Assembly: GCA_045159875.1 (NCBI GenBank)
Contig: CP067995.1
Span: 352,001-416,000 of the forward strand
Source of the DNA: a cyanobacterium endosymbiont of Rhopalodia gibba
Lineage (GTDB): Bacteria; Cyanobacteriota; Cyanobacteriia; Cyanobacteriales; Microcystaceae
Direction of reading: 5' to 3'
Length of the DNA stretch: 64,000 nt
A program made the translations under genes and the position numbers. The notes under the pieces are model-generated. The model was given only the letters and a program-made list of their open reading frames with translations. It was not told where the DNA came from and made no database searches. Within the stretch, counting starts at the first letter, position 1. Each line of letters starts with the position of its first letter. Below, piece after piece: positions 47,170-58,476 of this stretch.

Positions 47170-47733
47170 CTACCACATACCCCGAATAGGATCCATTTCT
47201 ACTTCAGTGTTAGGCGCCAAGGGAGGTAAGCTAACATCAGGACGATCCCAGTCGATGTCGGTCCTTTCAATGAGGGCTACTTCTCTTAAGTCTAGACGAG
47301 AAACCCATGCGGGCATGGCATAATCATAGAGCAATTCGAATTCCTCTACATCCTCACTGAGGATAACCCATTTGTTATCAACTATTTTCATGATGACGTC
47401 AGAGCCAGCCACCAAGGTTGGCCAGCGCTTAGGGAGACGAGTAGTGATACGCCACACTTCATCGTCCCCAATTTTAACATAGGGAGGAGATATAGTCTGT
47501 ATTTGAGCTACATCACCAGTCACACCCCGGATACGTCCAATAGCATAGTCTTCAAACTTGAACTTAACCCAGTCTTGTTGATAAACTTCGATGGGATCTT
47601 CTAGTTCATGACCGCGCAATTGACTAATCAAAATTTCGCCCTTAGTGGGTTCTGCTTGTACAGGAACAATAGATAAAGCTGACATGGCAGCTACTGCTAA
47701 TCCTGCTAATAAATGGGACTGTTTAAAAAACAC
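47170..47733 (-). CDS. Hypothetical secreted protein with Pro-rich linker and C-terminal PIRGMW
   Basis: Open frame with coding-like GC. Signal peptide ...LLAGLAVAAMSALSIVPVQA-E. Likely GTG start at 47733 after a GAGG RBS. Confidence 0.8.
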   Translation of the reverse strand: MFFKQSHLLAGLAVAAMSALSIVPVQAEPTKGEILISQLRGHELEDPIEVYQQDWVKFKFEDYAIGRIRGVTGDVAQIQTISPPYVKIGDDEVWRITTRLPKRWPTLVAGSDVIMKIVDNKWVILSEDVEEFELLYDYAMPAWVSRLDLREVALIERTDIDWDRPDVSLPPLAPNTEVEMDPIRGMW

Positions 47734-47884
47734 GATAACCTCACTCCAAATAAATTTTATGGGCAAATTATCCGTAGACGCCTATCAGCATAATTCAGTT
47801 CCTTAGGATAGACCTTAAAATTTAAAGATAAATTTATAAGTCTTTGGTATCAATCCTGGGATTACTGGACAGTTTGTCTAATCT

Positions 47885-49249
47885 TTAAGAATTTAATCTA
47901 GTTCTGAGGATTTCCAAACATTGAGAGATATGATTGCTGACTTGTCCAAAGAAAGTTGAGGCGATCTTACGCCATTGAGGTATTTTCCCTAGAGAAAATA
48001 CACCATCAGAGGACATACGAGTGATTTTCTCCCGAGAGTTCAATAATTCTTTTTCGTCAGTTTTTGCGTTGGACTCTATTTTTCCCTCTTCAATGGTCGC
48101 TTCTTGACTACGTGATAGCTTCCTCTTTTCAAGAGAAACTCCAGAAAACTTTCCCGGTGCTTCAGGACTAGTAACAGAGTAGTCTGAGGTTATTGTCGTT
48201 TCTTCTAGGGTTGATAAAATCCCTTCGGACGAAGGTGTGATTTCTCTGTCAGAAGGTTCTACATCCTGTGTAAGAGCTTCTTCAACTAGAGGTGTAGGAG
48301 TAATCTTAGCCTTATAGTTGGGATAAACAATAGATCGGATAAGTTCAGCTGAGAGTTCTCCTCGAACTAATTTAGACAGAGTATCTTGACCGTTAGGTTT
48401 ATATGTAATGAGTCTAACTGTATTGTTGAAGGCATTATTAACTAGATTTCCTTGTTCATCAAGAAATTCTAATTGGACCCAGTTCATTCCTTCCTCAAAC
48501 CCTTGAATATAAATAGCTTTCCATGTATCAACTAAAAAACTTTCTCCGTTAATGGTTACTCTAATACGCCAGTCAACCACTTTATCATCGGCATTTTCTT
48601 TTGCTACTAAATGTAACGGGGCATTGGTTAGGTAAAAATCTAACATAATTGGCTGTGCGCCATAAATTCCCCTAGGACGATTGTAGGTGAGGAGGGGAAG
48701 AGACATATCTGGAGCGTTTTCTCCCGTTTTAGTTAGAACATGAAATGTAGTCTGGTCATAGGCTCCATCATTTTTGAAGCTTTCATGCCAAGGCCTTGAG
48801 GCAAACACCCGCAGTGTATGCGTTCCTGGAGTTAAATTCGCCAAAATAATCGGTTCATCGAGAGTGTAAATTGCTTGAGAAGGTTCATTGTCGAGAATTA
48901 GATGAAGATGGGGTCCAACTCCTAAGTCAGGATCTTTGAAGAGGGGGTAGTCTTTCACATCGAGTTTAACAACAATGCTAGGCTCAGAAAAAACGCGATC
49001 ATTTTCGGGGCTAATAATATCAACTTGAGGCTGATATTGGTCTAGGATTTTGTATAATTCTTGGATAACGGGAGGAGGAGCTACTTCTGCCAATTTGTTG
49101 GTGACGATAGCTTTAGAAAGCGGTTCCAATAAAGATTGGGATGTTTCTAGACGATCTTTACAGCCAATTAATCCCCAATTAAGGAAGAGTATAAGGAACG
49201 AGAGACAAAGGGACTTGATAAGTTGTGATTGCATTTTAACCCAAAACAC
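47885..49249 (-). CDS. Conserved cyanobacterial hypothetical lipoprotein
   Basis: Lipobox-like LIGC after a hydrophobic stretch. GPHLHLILDN and GTHTLRVFASRPWHESFKN blocks, then a low-complexity C-terminus. Confidence 0.8.
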   Translation of the reverse strand: MFWVKMQSQLIKSLCLSFLILFLNWGLIGCKDRLETSQSLLEPLSKAIVTNKLAEVAPPPVIQELYKILDQYQPQVDIISPENDRVFSEPSIVVKLDVKDYPLFKDPDLGVGPHLHLILDNEPSQAIYTLDEPIILANLTPGTHTLRVFASRPWHESFKNDGAYDQTTFHVLTKTGENAPDMSLPLLTYNRPRGIYGAQPIMLDFYLTNAPLHLVAKENADDKVVDWRIRVTINGESFLVDTWKAIYIQGFEEGMNWVQLEFLDEQGNLVNNAFNNTVRLITYKPNGQDTLSKLVRGELSAELIRSIVYPNYKAKITPTPLVEEALTQDVEPSDREITPSSEGILSTLEETTITSDYSVTSPEAPGKFSGVSLEKRKLSRSQEATIEEGKIESNAKTDEKELLNSREKITRMSSDGVFSLGKIPQWRKIASTFFGQVSNHISQCLEILRTRLNS

Positions 49250-50023
49250 AAGGGTTTCCTCCTTAAACTGTAGCAGTTTATCTGTTAGGACTTGAGATTG
49301 TGTTTTTCTTGTGTAACTTTAAGATACACACAACATTACATTAATGATTGAATGATAACTCGGTTTTAATATTAACCCTGAAGCTTGATCTCAATACAAG
49401 TTGTTGCTGGTCGTGTGGATGTTGTGATTTTTACTTAGAATAGATGATCTAGCTATGGCACTCTATAAACGATTGAAATTGATAGAGGATTTGATATAGA
49501 TTTAATTTTTAAAACAAGTATTATTATTTTAAATAAATGCAATATATCTAATCAAACTAATTTATTTTAGATTCTTTCTCATGCTCATACAGTAAATAAA
49601 AATTTTATATATTTCCGTTATTGAGAATTTTAAACATTAACAATTACAGTAAATAATGATACATCTATAAAAATAGACTAAGACTCTTCAAAATCTCTAC
49701 TTAAAACAGAAATTATAGTTTGAATCGAGCAAGAATAAGTAAATTATCATTGCAAAGATTCACCCAATCTGTAATTTATTTAAATTTCCATCCTCCCGCA
49801 TTTAAACATAATATTTCTGCTCCTATTCTAGAAGGCATTCTTGAATCTCTCTTTTCTAACTACTTTTCTATTTTTTACTCATTTAATCTCACCTAATAAA
49901 GAGCAAACTTAGTCGTAAGTTAACTTAGATATTGAGGATAATAACAGCATTCTTAGATTTCAATGTCCCCCAAAATAGTAACTATCATGAGGGAACAGAA
50001 TAATGACAAACGTAACCAATTAA

Positions 50024-50623
50024 TTAAACCGTACGTTCATCAATGACTTTATCAATCAGACCATATACTTTAGCTTCTTCTGCTGACATATAATAATCTC
50101 GGTCTGTGTCTTTCTCTATTTTCTCAAGAGTTTGTTGAGTTTCATTGGCTAAAATTTGATTGAGTTGACGACGAATTCGCAAGATTTCATTGGCTTCAAT
50201 TTCAATATCTGTAGCTTGTCGTCTTCCTGTTCCCCCCATAGGTTGGTGTATCATAATGCGAGCATGGGGAAGGGCTAAACGTTTTCCTGAAGTTCCAGAA
50301 GCCAATAAAAACGCTCCCATCGAAGCGGCTAACCCAACACAAATGGTAATCACATCAGATTTAATGTATTTCATTGTGTCGTAAATAGCCATACCTGCGG
50401 TGACGGACCCCCCGGGAGAGTTTATATACAAATAAATTGGTTTACCAGAATCTTCTGAATCGAGGTATAACAAAAAGGCGACGATGCGATTCGCTAAACT
50501 GTCGGTCACTTCCTGACCGAGAAAAACAATTCTTTCCTGACTTAAACGGGTATAAATGTCAATCCACCGTTCGTATTGACTACCAGGAAGACGATATGGA
50601 ACACTAGGAACACCAAGGGGCAT
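50024..50623 (-). CDS. clpP: ATP-dependent Clp protease proteolytic subunit (ClpP3 type)
   Basis: [14 protein letters not shown] (Ser) and MIHQP (His) motifs. Follows clpR. Confidence 0.97.
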   Translation of the reverse strand: MPLGVPSVPYRLPGSQYERWIDIYTRLSQERIVFLGQEVTDSLANRIVAFLLYLDSEDSGKPIYLYINSPGGSVTAGMAIYDTMKYIKSDVITICVGLAASMGAFLLASGTSGKRLALPHARIMIHQPMGGTGRRQATDIEIEANEILRIRRQLNQILANETQQTLEKIEKDTDRDYYMSAEEAKVYGLIDKVIDERTV

Positions 50624-50661
50624 AAGCGATTAATTCAAAGGTAAAGGTGAACAACAATTTA

Positions 50662-51339
50662 CTAAACAGTAGCTAAAGGTTTAGGCAATTCTTTAGAACT
50701 TTCTAAGACTCGGTCAATTAAGCCATATTCTTTCGCGGACTCAGGGGTTAAATAGAAAGTGCGATCAGTATCTTTGGCGATTTTCTCTACAGGTTGCCCC
50801 GTATTTTTAGAAAGAATCTCTAACATGGTTTGTTTGTTAGACAACACTTCTTTTGCCCGAATTTGAATATCGGTAGCCTGACCCCTAGCTCCTGAGCGGT
50901 TTTGATTGAGAACAATGGTAGAATGGGGGAGACTTGCTCGACAACCTTTAGTTCCTGCTGAGAGGATCATCGCTGCCGTTCCCATAGCCTGGCCAATACA
51001 AATGGTGTGGATGGGAGGTTTAACATAATTCATGGTATCGCAAATAGCAAAGGCTTCTGTCTCAAAACCAATAGCGTCTCCGGTATACCAAGAAGTACCC
51101 GTAGAGTTGATGTAAAAGTAAATGGGCTTATCTGGATCATCAAACTGTAAATACAACAATTCAGCGATAATCAATTGAGTGACATCAATTCCGAGTTGTT
51201 GTTTTACGTCATCAGAAGAAAATAGAGGCATTCCCAGATAAATAATACGTTCTTTTAGTATTAAGGATTCTAAATCTGGGGGAGGTGTTCGGAAGTTAAT
51301 GTCTCCGTAGTAAGCAGATTGAACGGTTTTGATCTCCAT
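50662..51339 (-). CDS. clpR: Non-catalytic Clp subunit ClpR
   Basis: TPPPDLESL and INSTGTSW..ETEAFAI motifs. Catalytic Ser/His replaced (AMGTA, VLNQ). ATG 51339 preferred over 51375. Confidence 0.93.
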   Translation of the reverse strand: MEIKTVQSAYYGDINFRTPPPDLESLILKERIIYLGMPLFSSDDVKQQLGIDVTQLIIAELLYLQFDDPDKPIYFYINSTGTSWYTGDAIGFETEAFAICDTMNYVKPPIHTICIGQAMGTAAMILSAGTKGCRASLPHSTIVLNQNRSGARGQATDIQIRAKEVLSNKQTMLEILSKNTGQPVEKIAKDTDRTFYLTPESAKEYGLIDRVLESSKELPKPLATV

Positions 51340-52214
51340 TGGTCGATTCTTAGTTTTGTATGTTGATAGTCCCATTGCTTGGGATACATAACACCACGCA
51401 TGAAGATTAGGGAGTAGCTAAAAGTAATAAACTCGTATATATCCAAGCCTTTTGCCCTTTGTCTGACCCTTAGTGGTATTACGGCTTCCGCCTCTGATTC
51501 TAACTTACTTCGGGGATAGACCGTCGTTGAACTTACCTTATTTTTAAAAAATTAGCCTGAAACATAATAAGTTTCAAAAAATATAGACAATGACTTTTAT
51601 CACCTCTATAAGTTTTTATAGATTAATTTCGTCTGTAATTTAGACTCATAATAGAATCTTAATTTTTATGTCAAATTCTAATTTAGAAAACAATGACTAC
51701 TCAAAAATTAGCTTCTAATTTTTAATAAAACAGAAAAAAACTGTTAATAGATGTCACACGCATCAGCTTACCTAATAATTTTCTCTAAAACGATAACAAG
51801 AACAAAAATATTATTTATTAATATCTAAGAGGATATAAAAAATTAAAAAATACCGATTGAAAGCAATATAAATTTAATTTAAATTTCTTAGATGTAAGGC
51901 GCATTTTTTTTTACAAGTTTGTTTGGAACCACTGACTAAAAAAAAGTACACTTATCTTGTCTGAGAGCTGGTTTCAATTAGATAGCTTATATTGACAGTA
52001 ATGATTTAATTATTCTATTGATAGCACTATTAAAATTTATAGAATTAAAATATTTTCAAAGACGCAGATATTATTTGTTGTGAACAACAGGTTTTGATTA
52101 GATTTAAATTAGAAAAATAAGGAAATATAATACAAGTTTTTTCCCTATATATACATACCATCAGTTATCTACCTTTTGTTGCTTTATGAGCTTATCAATT
52201 ATCTATGACCACAC

Positions 52215-52244
52215 AATCCTCTAACTATCCACAGTTAGAGGATT
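52215..52244. repeat. Perfect inverted repeat, 12-bp arms
   Basis: aatcctctaact-atccac-agttagaggatt. Confidence 0.75.
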
Positions 52245-53494
52245 AGCATTTCTATTTCATAAATAAAAAGATCTTTTCTATTTGTTCATCGTTTAAAAGT
52301 AAAAGCTGCTAAAAAACTCGATGGAGAAAACGCTCCAATTGACATAATATTTGTTCTCGATTATTAGGACATTTTTTATAAGCTCGGGTTTCTTTGATCT
52401 CTCCGACACAATCATAAGTCATGGCTAGATGGACTCTAGTTTTGTCACTAAAAACTTAGGACTAAAAGTTTAAGTTGTCTAAGTGTTATTCTATATTTTT
52501 ATCTCAAAGCTTGATTCCTATATATGTAAATTTTCAGAGTATGAAGTATTCTTTTTTTATTAACCTAAGTATTTGGACTAAACAAAACATAGTAGGTCCA
52601 CTAACTGTAACGTCTCTTGACTTGTGCAAGTGAGTATTTAGTTCTTGTAGAGTAGTATCCCTATTTTATTCTGGAAATTATTGCAATTATTATACGATAT
52701 TAAGTTGTTCTGCTTTAATTTAAAGAGGGTTTCTTTAGTCATAAGAGAATAGTTCTATACTTTCTGTTGCTTTCTAAGGTCCAAGAAAATAGTTAACGAA
52801 ACTATAACTGACTTAAAAATACTTTATTAGTTATTAGGTTAATTGGTATTATTCTTAGCTTCTATAATTTTAGTGGAAGTCTATCATTAGAGTATCCCTT
52901 CATTTTTTAGGTCTTTTTAGACTCATCTATTTAAATAAAAACTTCCATAAAAGAATCGTAAAATACATTGTATGTGTCGGCTATTGCAAGAAAAAAAATT
53001 TGCTACGTGTATGATTACAGAAGTTATGTCTGGGCTACAACTCTATGAAATAAAAATGGAGACTAAAGGCAATACTGGTGGAAAACACAGTAGACACAAA
53101 CCCGACAAAATAACAGTGGAAGCTTGTTATGCTTATTCGAGCATTTAAAGAAAAGCTAAATAATTTGATAAATTTTATAAATAATCTTGGTTATTTTAAA
53201 CTTGGTGTGATGATTTATTAGTTAATAACTTCTAAAGTTGTTATTTTAACTGTACTCTATAAAAACACAAAAACTTTTTCTAAAAAAAAGTTTTGTGCTG
53301 TTGGAAATTCTACTTTGTAGCTTAACCATTGTCTTACCTCATGTCTTTAACTATGATCCAAGAGCTGGGGCAGTCTTTTAAGAAGTAGCTAAGTTGGAAG
53401 TTTAAATTTCTCCTTAATTTTCCTTTTTTTCTCTCTTCCAATTCCTAATCTTGGGTTTAGAATTAACTGAGTTAGTGTAATTTCTATTAGCAAC

Positions 53495-54628
53495 ATGACA
53501 AAACAACCCATTAAACCCTTTTATTTTGATATTACAGAAGATGAAATTGAGTTCTTCGCCGAACAATCTAAAACAATTCTTAAATCCGGTAAACTAGTCT
53601 TAGGGGAGAATACTTTAGAATTTGAAAAAGCCTTTGCTAGATATGTGGGAACAAAATACGCGATTGCCGTTAATAGTGGTTCTTCAGGATTAGAAATTCT
53701 CCTGCGTCTCAAAAAAGCTGAAAACACTACTTTATTAGTTCCAACCAATACTAACTTCGCCACTGTCGCTGCTATTCTTCGTATAGGAGGACAGGTTCAA
53801 TACCTCGATATGGACGAAACAACTTTTGCCCCATCTTTACAGATGATACAAGAGGCTGTGAGAAAAGGGGCAACTCCTAAGATTTCTGGGGTACTTTGGG
53901 TGCATATTGGTGGAGTTATTTCTCCAGAATTTTCTTATATTGTTGAATATTGTCGTCAAAAAGGACTTTTTGTCCTTGAAGATACAGCCCACGCTCACGG
54001 AAGTCAAATTAATGGGGTGAAGGCCGGAAATTTAGGAGATGGCGCCGCGTTTTCATTTTTTCCTACAAAAGTAATGACAACTTTTGAAGGGGGGATGATC
54101 ACTCTCAATGATGAGGAAGAAGACTATATTGCGAGATCGTTACGAAACCAAGGGAAACGGGGAATGGACTTTGGAGGATTACATACAGACTTTGGTAATA
54201 GTACCCGTATGACAGAAATTCACGCGGTTTTAGGTCGAATTCACCTGGCTAAATTGCCTCAAATGTTAGCTAGACGGCAAAAATGTTATCAGTTAATTAC
54301 TGCCTCTTTACGGGAAGCAGGGCTCAAATTTGTGTCTACAGATCACATGGATAATGCCAGTCAATATAAATTAATTGTTCATGTTCCTGGCGGAAAAGCA
54401 GCTCAGAAAATTAAGTACGCATTAGCCGAAGAAAATATATTTTTAGGGGGAACAGTTTACGAAATTCCCTGTCATTTACAACCAATTTTTAAAGGAGTTT
54501 GTGACGGTCAAAGTTTCCCTAGTGCTGAATATTGGTGTCCTAATCATATTTGTCCCCCGTTAACGTCGGGAATGACAGAAGAAGAAGCTAAAATTGTAGG
54601 AGAAGCGTTAGTTAAACAGTTAATTTAG
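53495..54628 (+). CDS. DegT/DnrJ/EryC1/StrS family PLP-dependent aminotransferase
   Basis: AVNSGS, VHIGG, EDTAHAHGS and FSFFPTKVMTTFEGGM (PLP lysine) motifs. Confidence 0.93.
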   Translation: MTKQPIKPFYFDITEDEIEFFAEQSKTILKSGKLVLGENTLEFEKAFARYVGTKYAIAVNSGSSGLEILLRLKKAENTTLLVPTNTNFATVAAILRIGGQVQYLDMDETTFAPSLQMIQEAVRKGATPKISGVLWVHIGGVISPEFSYIVEYCRQKGLFVLEDTAHAHGSQINGVKAGNLGDGAAFSFFPTKVMTTFEGGMITLNDEEEDYIARSLRNQGKRGMDFGGLHTDFGNSTRMTEIHAVLGRIHLAKLPQMLARRQKCYQLITASLREAGLKFVSTDHMDNASQYKLIVHVPGGKAAQKIKYALAEENIFLGGTVYEIPCHLQPIFKGVCDGQSFPSAEYWCPNHICPPLTSGMTEEEAKIVGEALVKQLI

Positions 54629-54864
54629 TAGATTATAGTTAATCCAGGTAGGGGGGGTTACGGTACGGATAAAAGTATTAGTATTAGTGTTTATCAAAAA
54701 CTCATTCCCAACCTACCTCCTAATAGTTGTTGTCTTATTATGAGTATTGGGCAACACATCTAAAATTAATTCTCTTAAGCTCTTTTTATCACAACAATTA
54801 TTATTGTTGGTTATAAAATAATCTGTAGATGCTGCTATCGATGCTAACATCATGTCAGCAATAT

Positions 54865-54900
54865 TTTTTATATATAAAGACCTTGATTTATATATAAAAA
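54865..54900. repeat. AT-only inverted repeat, 14-bp arms
   Basis: tttttatatataaa-gaccttga-tttatatataaaaa. Confidence 0.6.
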
Positions 54901-55306
54901 GAACAGGTAATTAATAAAACTTACTTTACTAAGTCTTTAATTGCTCTAAAATTATTTAGACATTAATTAAATTTTGATAAGTATTGAAAGAATTGGGTTT
55001 TCAAATAATCGCTCAGAGAGGCACTCTCAATATCTGTAATAATTCTGTCATATCTTTAGATCTAGACTAACTATTTTCTGATCAAGCTATTGTGCCCGAC
55101 TGATTGCTTATACTTAACCTATCTTAAAAAGATTTTCTCAATTTATGGTAAAAATGGGTAAGCCTCGCTTCATGCTGTTCTCTGATAACTATTGTAGTCT
55201 TGATTTTTGGCGGTCATTATTTAATATAATCGTTAAATTTGTTGTATGTTAACTCATATCACTTAAATATTGAGAATAACAACTGTGTTTTGAAATATCG
55301 TCGAAC

Positions 55307-55996
55307 TCATGTCAAATAAAAAGCAACAATGGCACTACCTAAAGGAACTGTTAAATTATCAATTCCCCATTTAGAAAATACTTCTAACCCTGTCGCTATA
55401 ACAGAAACTAGTAAAGAAGTTATAAGGATTATATTAATAGACTCCCCTGTAAAAAATAAAATAATACTGGTAATCAAAAAACTCACGCCCATCATAGTTA
55501 GTGAGCCTTCCCAACTTTTTTTAATTTGTAAAATTTGATAAGGGTGTCGACCAAATCTTTTACCAATAATTGCTGCCATTCCATCTCCCCAGGCCATTAT
55601 TAAAATGCCAATAACAGTATATTGAGGTTTATTTATTATCCAAAACCAATAAGTTAAAATACCAATACTTACCGCATAAAAAAATGTTCCTAAGCTTTTA
55701 CGCCCTACACTATTAATGCTAGGAAGAATCGGAAAAAAATAGGAAATCAGCGCAAGGAAGCTAGCAATGAATGAGGCAACTAACAATATCCATGGCGGCA
55801 GTTTAAACCACCAAGCAATTAAAATGACATTACCAGAGCCAATGTGAACGACTTTACGAGTTAACTCAGCATCAGCACCCGTTGAACGGTTCATTCCTTC
55901 AGCTAAACTGATTATAGTTACTAAATAAATTAGGACGAAGCTTAGGGGATACCAGACAGGTAAAAGAAGTTCCAATTTAGCGATTAATTTAGGCAA
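55307..55996 (-). CDS. Diacylglycerol/polyprenol kinase family (phytol kinase-like) membrane protein
   Basis: TRKVVHIGSG, MAWGDGMAAIIG, KSWEGS and GIDNLTVP motifs. Multi-TM. Confidence 0.9.
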   Translation of the reverse strand: MPKLIAKLELLLPVWYPLSFVLIYLVTIISLAEGMNRSTGADAELTRKVVHIGSGNVILIAWWFKLPPWILLVASFIASFLALISYFFPILPSINSVGRKSLGTFFYAVSIGILTYWFWIINKPQYTVIGILIMAWGDGMAAIIGKRFGRHPYQILQIKKSWEGSLTMMGVSFLITSIILFFTGESINIILITSLLVSVIATGLEVFSKWGIDNLTVPLGSAIVAFYLT

Positions 55997-56102
55997 AGAC
56001 GTGAGATGAACTTCGATATATCAATTGATTATAGTTTGCCCATCGGATGAAAACGCTACAATAATCAAAAAATAATATTAAAAATATATAAATTAAGTAA
56101 CC

Positions 56103-57605
56103 ATGCCACACTCCATTATTGTTATCGGTGCTGGAATTGGGGGATTAACTGTAGGGGCATTACTCGCCTGTCGGGGTTATGATGTAACTGTCTATGAACA
56201 AGCAAAGGTTCCTGGGGGGTGCGCATCCACGTTCAAACGGCGGGGGTTTAACTTTGATGTGGGGGCGACTCAAGTGGCAGGGTTAGAACCTGGAGGCATT
56301 CATCAACGAATTTTTGCTGAATTGGGGGTAGATATTCCCCCCGCTACTCCGTGCGATCCAGCTTGTGCCGTGTTTTTACCGCGGGAAACTGAACCCATTC
56401 GAGTATGGCGAGATTCTAAGAAATGGCAGAACGAAAGACAACAACAATTCCCAGGGAGTGAACCTTTTTGGCAATTAATGGCTAAATTATTTCGTGCTAG
56501 TTGGAACTTTCAAGGACGAGATCCAATACTACCTCCTCGTAACATCTGGGATCTCTGGCAGTTAATTTCCGCATTGCGGTTAGACACTTTTGCTACTGTT
56601 CCCTTTGCTTTTATGACAGTGGGGGATGCCTTACGCTTATATGGGTTAGCCAATGATCAACGCCTTAAAACCTTTCTGGACTTGCAATTAAAGCTTTATT
56701 CGCAGGTGAATGCTGATGAAACTGCTTTGTTATATGCAGCTACTGCTTTAGCGGTTTCTCAAGCTCCGCAAGGCTTGTATCATTTTCAGGGTAGTATGCA
56801 AGTGTTAAGTGATTGCCTAGTAGAAGCATTGGAAAAATATGGAGGAAAACTTAGACTTGGCTACAGTATAGAACAAATTCACCCCCAGAATAATCACGTT
56901 AAACAGGTCACTATCCGTCATCAGAAAACTGGAGAAACCAGGATGGAAACGGCTGATCATGTCGTTGCTAATGTTACGATTCAAAATCTAATCAAATTAT
57001 TAGATATTTCCCCGTCTTTCTTCTGGAAACTTTATAAAAACCGTGCAAAAAAACTACCTCGACCATCAGGGGCATTTGTGGTTTATTTAGGTGTTGATCG
57101 TCGGGCAATTCCAGATAAATGTTCCCCCCATTTACAATTTCTTTATGAGGATAATCAACCCATTAGTGAAAATAATTCTTTGTTTATTTCAGTCAGTGAA
57201 CCAGGAGATGGACGTGCCCCCAATGGAAAAGCCACTATCATTGCTTCATCCTTTACTGACCCTCAAATTTGGTTTAATAAAACCCCAGAAGCCTATCAGG
57301 CTCTAAAACGACAATATACCTCAGAAGCGATTGCCCGTTTAAGTTCCTATTTTTATCTTACTCCAAATACTCTTATTCACCAAGAAGCCGCGACACCTTG
57401 CACATTTGCTCGATTTACTGCTAGAGATAAAGGTATTGTTGGGGGTGTTGGTCAACGTGTCTCTACTTTTGGACCTTTTGGACTCGCAACCCGAACTCCG
57501 TTAAATAATCTTTGGTTAGTGGGAGATTCTACTCATCCAGGGGAAGGAACCGCAGGAGTTAGCTATTCAGCTTTAACCGTTGTCCGACAAATCGAAATGA
57601 GTTAG
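56103..57605 (+). CDS. crtD: Carotenoid C-3',4' desaturase
   Basis: GAGIGG FAD-binding motif, FDVGATQVAGLEPGGIH and GDSTHPGEGTAGVSYSAL, as in cyanobacterial CrtD. Confidence 0.92.
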   Translation: MPHSIIVIGAGIGGLTVGALLACRGYDVTVYEQAKVPGGCASTFKRRGFNFDVGATQVAGLEPGGIHQRIFAELGVDIPPATPCDPACAVFLPRETEPIRVWRDSKKWQNERQQQFPGSEPFWQLMAKLFRASWNFQGRDPILPPRNIWDLWQLISALRLDTFATVPFAFMTVGDALRLYGLANDQRLKTFLDLQLKLYSQVNADETALLYAATALAVSQAPQGLYHFQGSMQVLSDCLVEALEKYGGKLRLGYSIEQIHPQNNHVKQVTIRHQKTGETRMETADHVVANVTIQNLIKLLDISPSFFWKLYKNRAKKLPRPSGAFVVYLGVDRRAIPDKCSPHLQFLYEDNQPISENNSLFISVSEPGDGRAPNGKATIIASSFTDPQIWFNKTPEAYQALKRQYTSEAIARLSSYFYLTPNTLIHQEAATPCTFARFTARDKGIVGGVGQRVSTFGPFGLATRTPLNNLWLVGDSTHPGEGTAGVSYSALTVVRQIEMS

Positions 57606-57666
57606 TAATTCCTTGTAAAGAAGTGTAGAGATACAAGGGAAATAAAAAAAACTTTTGTCTTCTGTC

Positions 57667-58476
57667 TTACTTCATTGAAGATGTATTGGATAGGCTAGGA
57701 TTGGTTTGATTAGAACTTGTTGAGTTATGACTGTGTAGATTTACTTGTGTGCCAATCGGTAGTGCCGTCGGGGAGGTCGACGAGGAGTCGTGAAGTACTT
57801 CTGGATTGAACCGATAGCCAACGTTACGAACCGTTTGAATGAGACTCGGTTGTCGAGGATCAGTTTCAATTTTCTTTCGTAGGGAAAGAACATGGGTATC
57901 AATTGTTCGCGGATTATCAATAGCTTCAGGCCAAGCTCGTTGCAGTAGTTCTGAACGACTCAAGGGATTTCCTTCTGCTTGAGCTAGAACATACAACAAA
58001 CTGAATTCCTGGGGAGTTAGGTCAACAAAATCTCCTCGGTACTGGACTCGACGTTGAACTAAATCAATTTTCAAATCCCCATAGTCGAGATACAGGGGAG
58101 CAGAAGCCACCCGCAAACGTCTGATTAGGGCTTCAACCCGTGCCATAAACTCTTGCATACCAAAGGGCTTGGTGAGATAATCATCGGCTCCGGCGTTAAG
58201 TCCTTTGACAATATCTTTTTCACTAGTACGAGCAGATAGAATTAGAATGAGGGATTGTCTTTGATTATGTAACCATTGACATAATTCCATGCCATCTCCA
58301 TCAGGCAAATCGGAGTCGAGGATAACTAAGGACGGCAAGCGATGGACAAAAGCATTACGAGCTTGTTGGAGATTTGCGCATTGCTGAGCCATATAACCCG
58401 CTTGCTGTAAGTGCCAACCCAAAAGCGATCGCAGATGAGGATTTCCCTCAACGATAGCAATATAAATCAGATTCAC
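57667..58476 (-). CDS. OmpR-family response regulator transcription factor (orphan)
   Basis: Receiver domain (ILDSDLPD, GADDYLTKPF) plus winged helix (LTPQEF, IQTVRNVGYRF). Conserved cyanobacterial IVEGNPHLRSLLGWHL subtype. Confidence 0.93.
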   Translation of the reverse strand: MNLIYIAIVEGNPHLRSLLGWHLQQAGYMAQQCANLQQARNAFVHRLPSLVILDSDLPDGDGMELCQWLHNQRQSLILILSARTSEKDIVKGLNAGADDYLTKPFGMQEFMARVEALIRRLRVASAPLYLDYGDLKIDLVQRRVQYRGDFVDLTPQEFSLLYVLAQAEGNPLSRSELLQRAWPEAIDNPRTIDTHVLSLRKKIETDPRQPSLIQTVRNVGYRFNPEVLHDSSSTSPTALPIGTQVNLHSHNSTSSNQTNPSLSNTSSMK

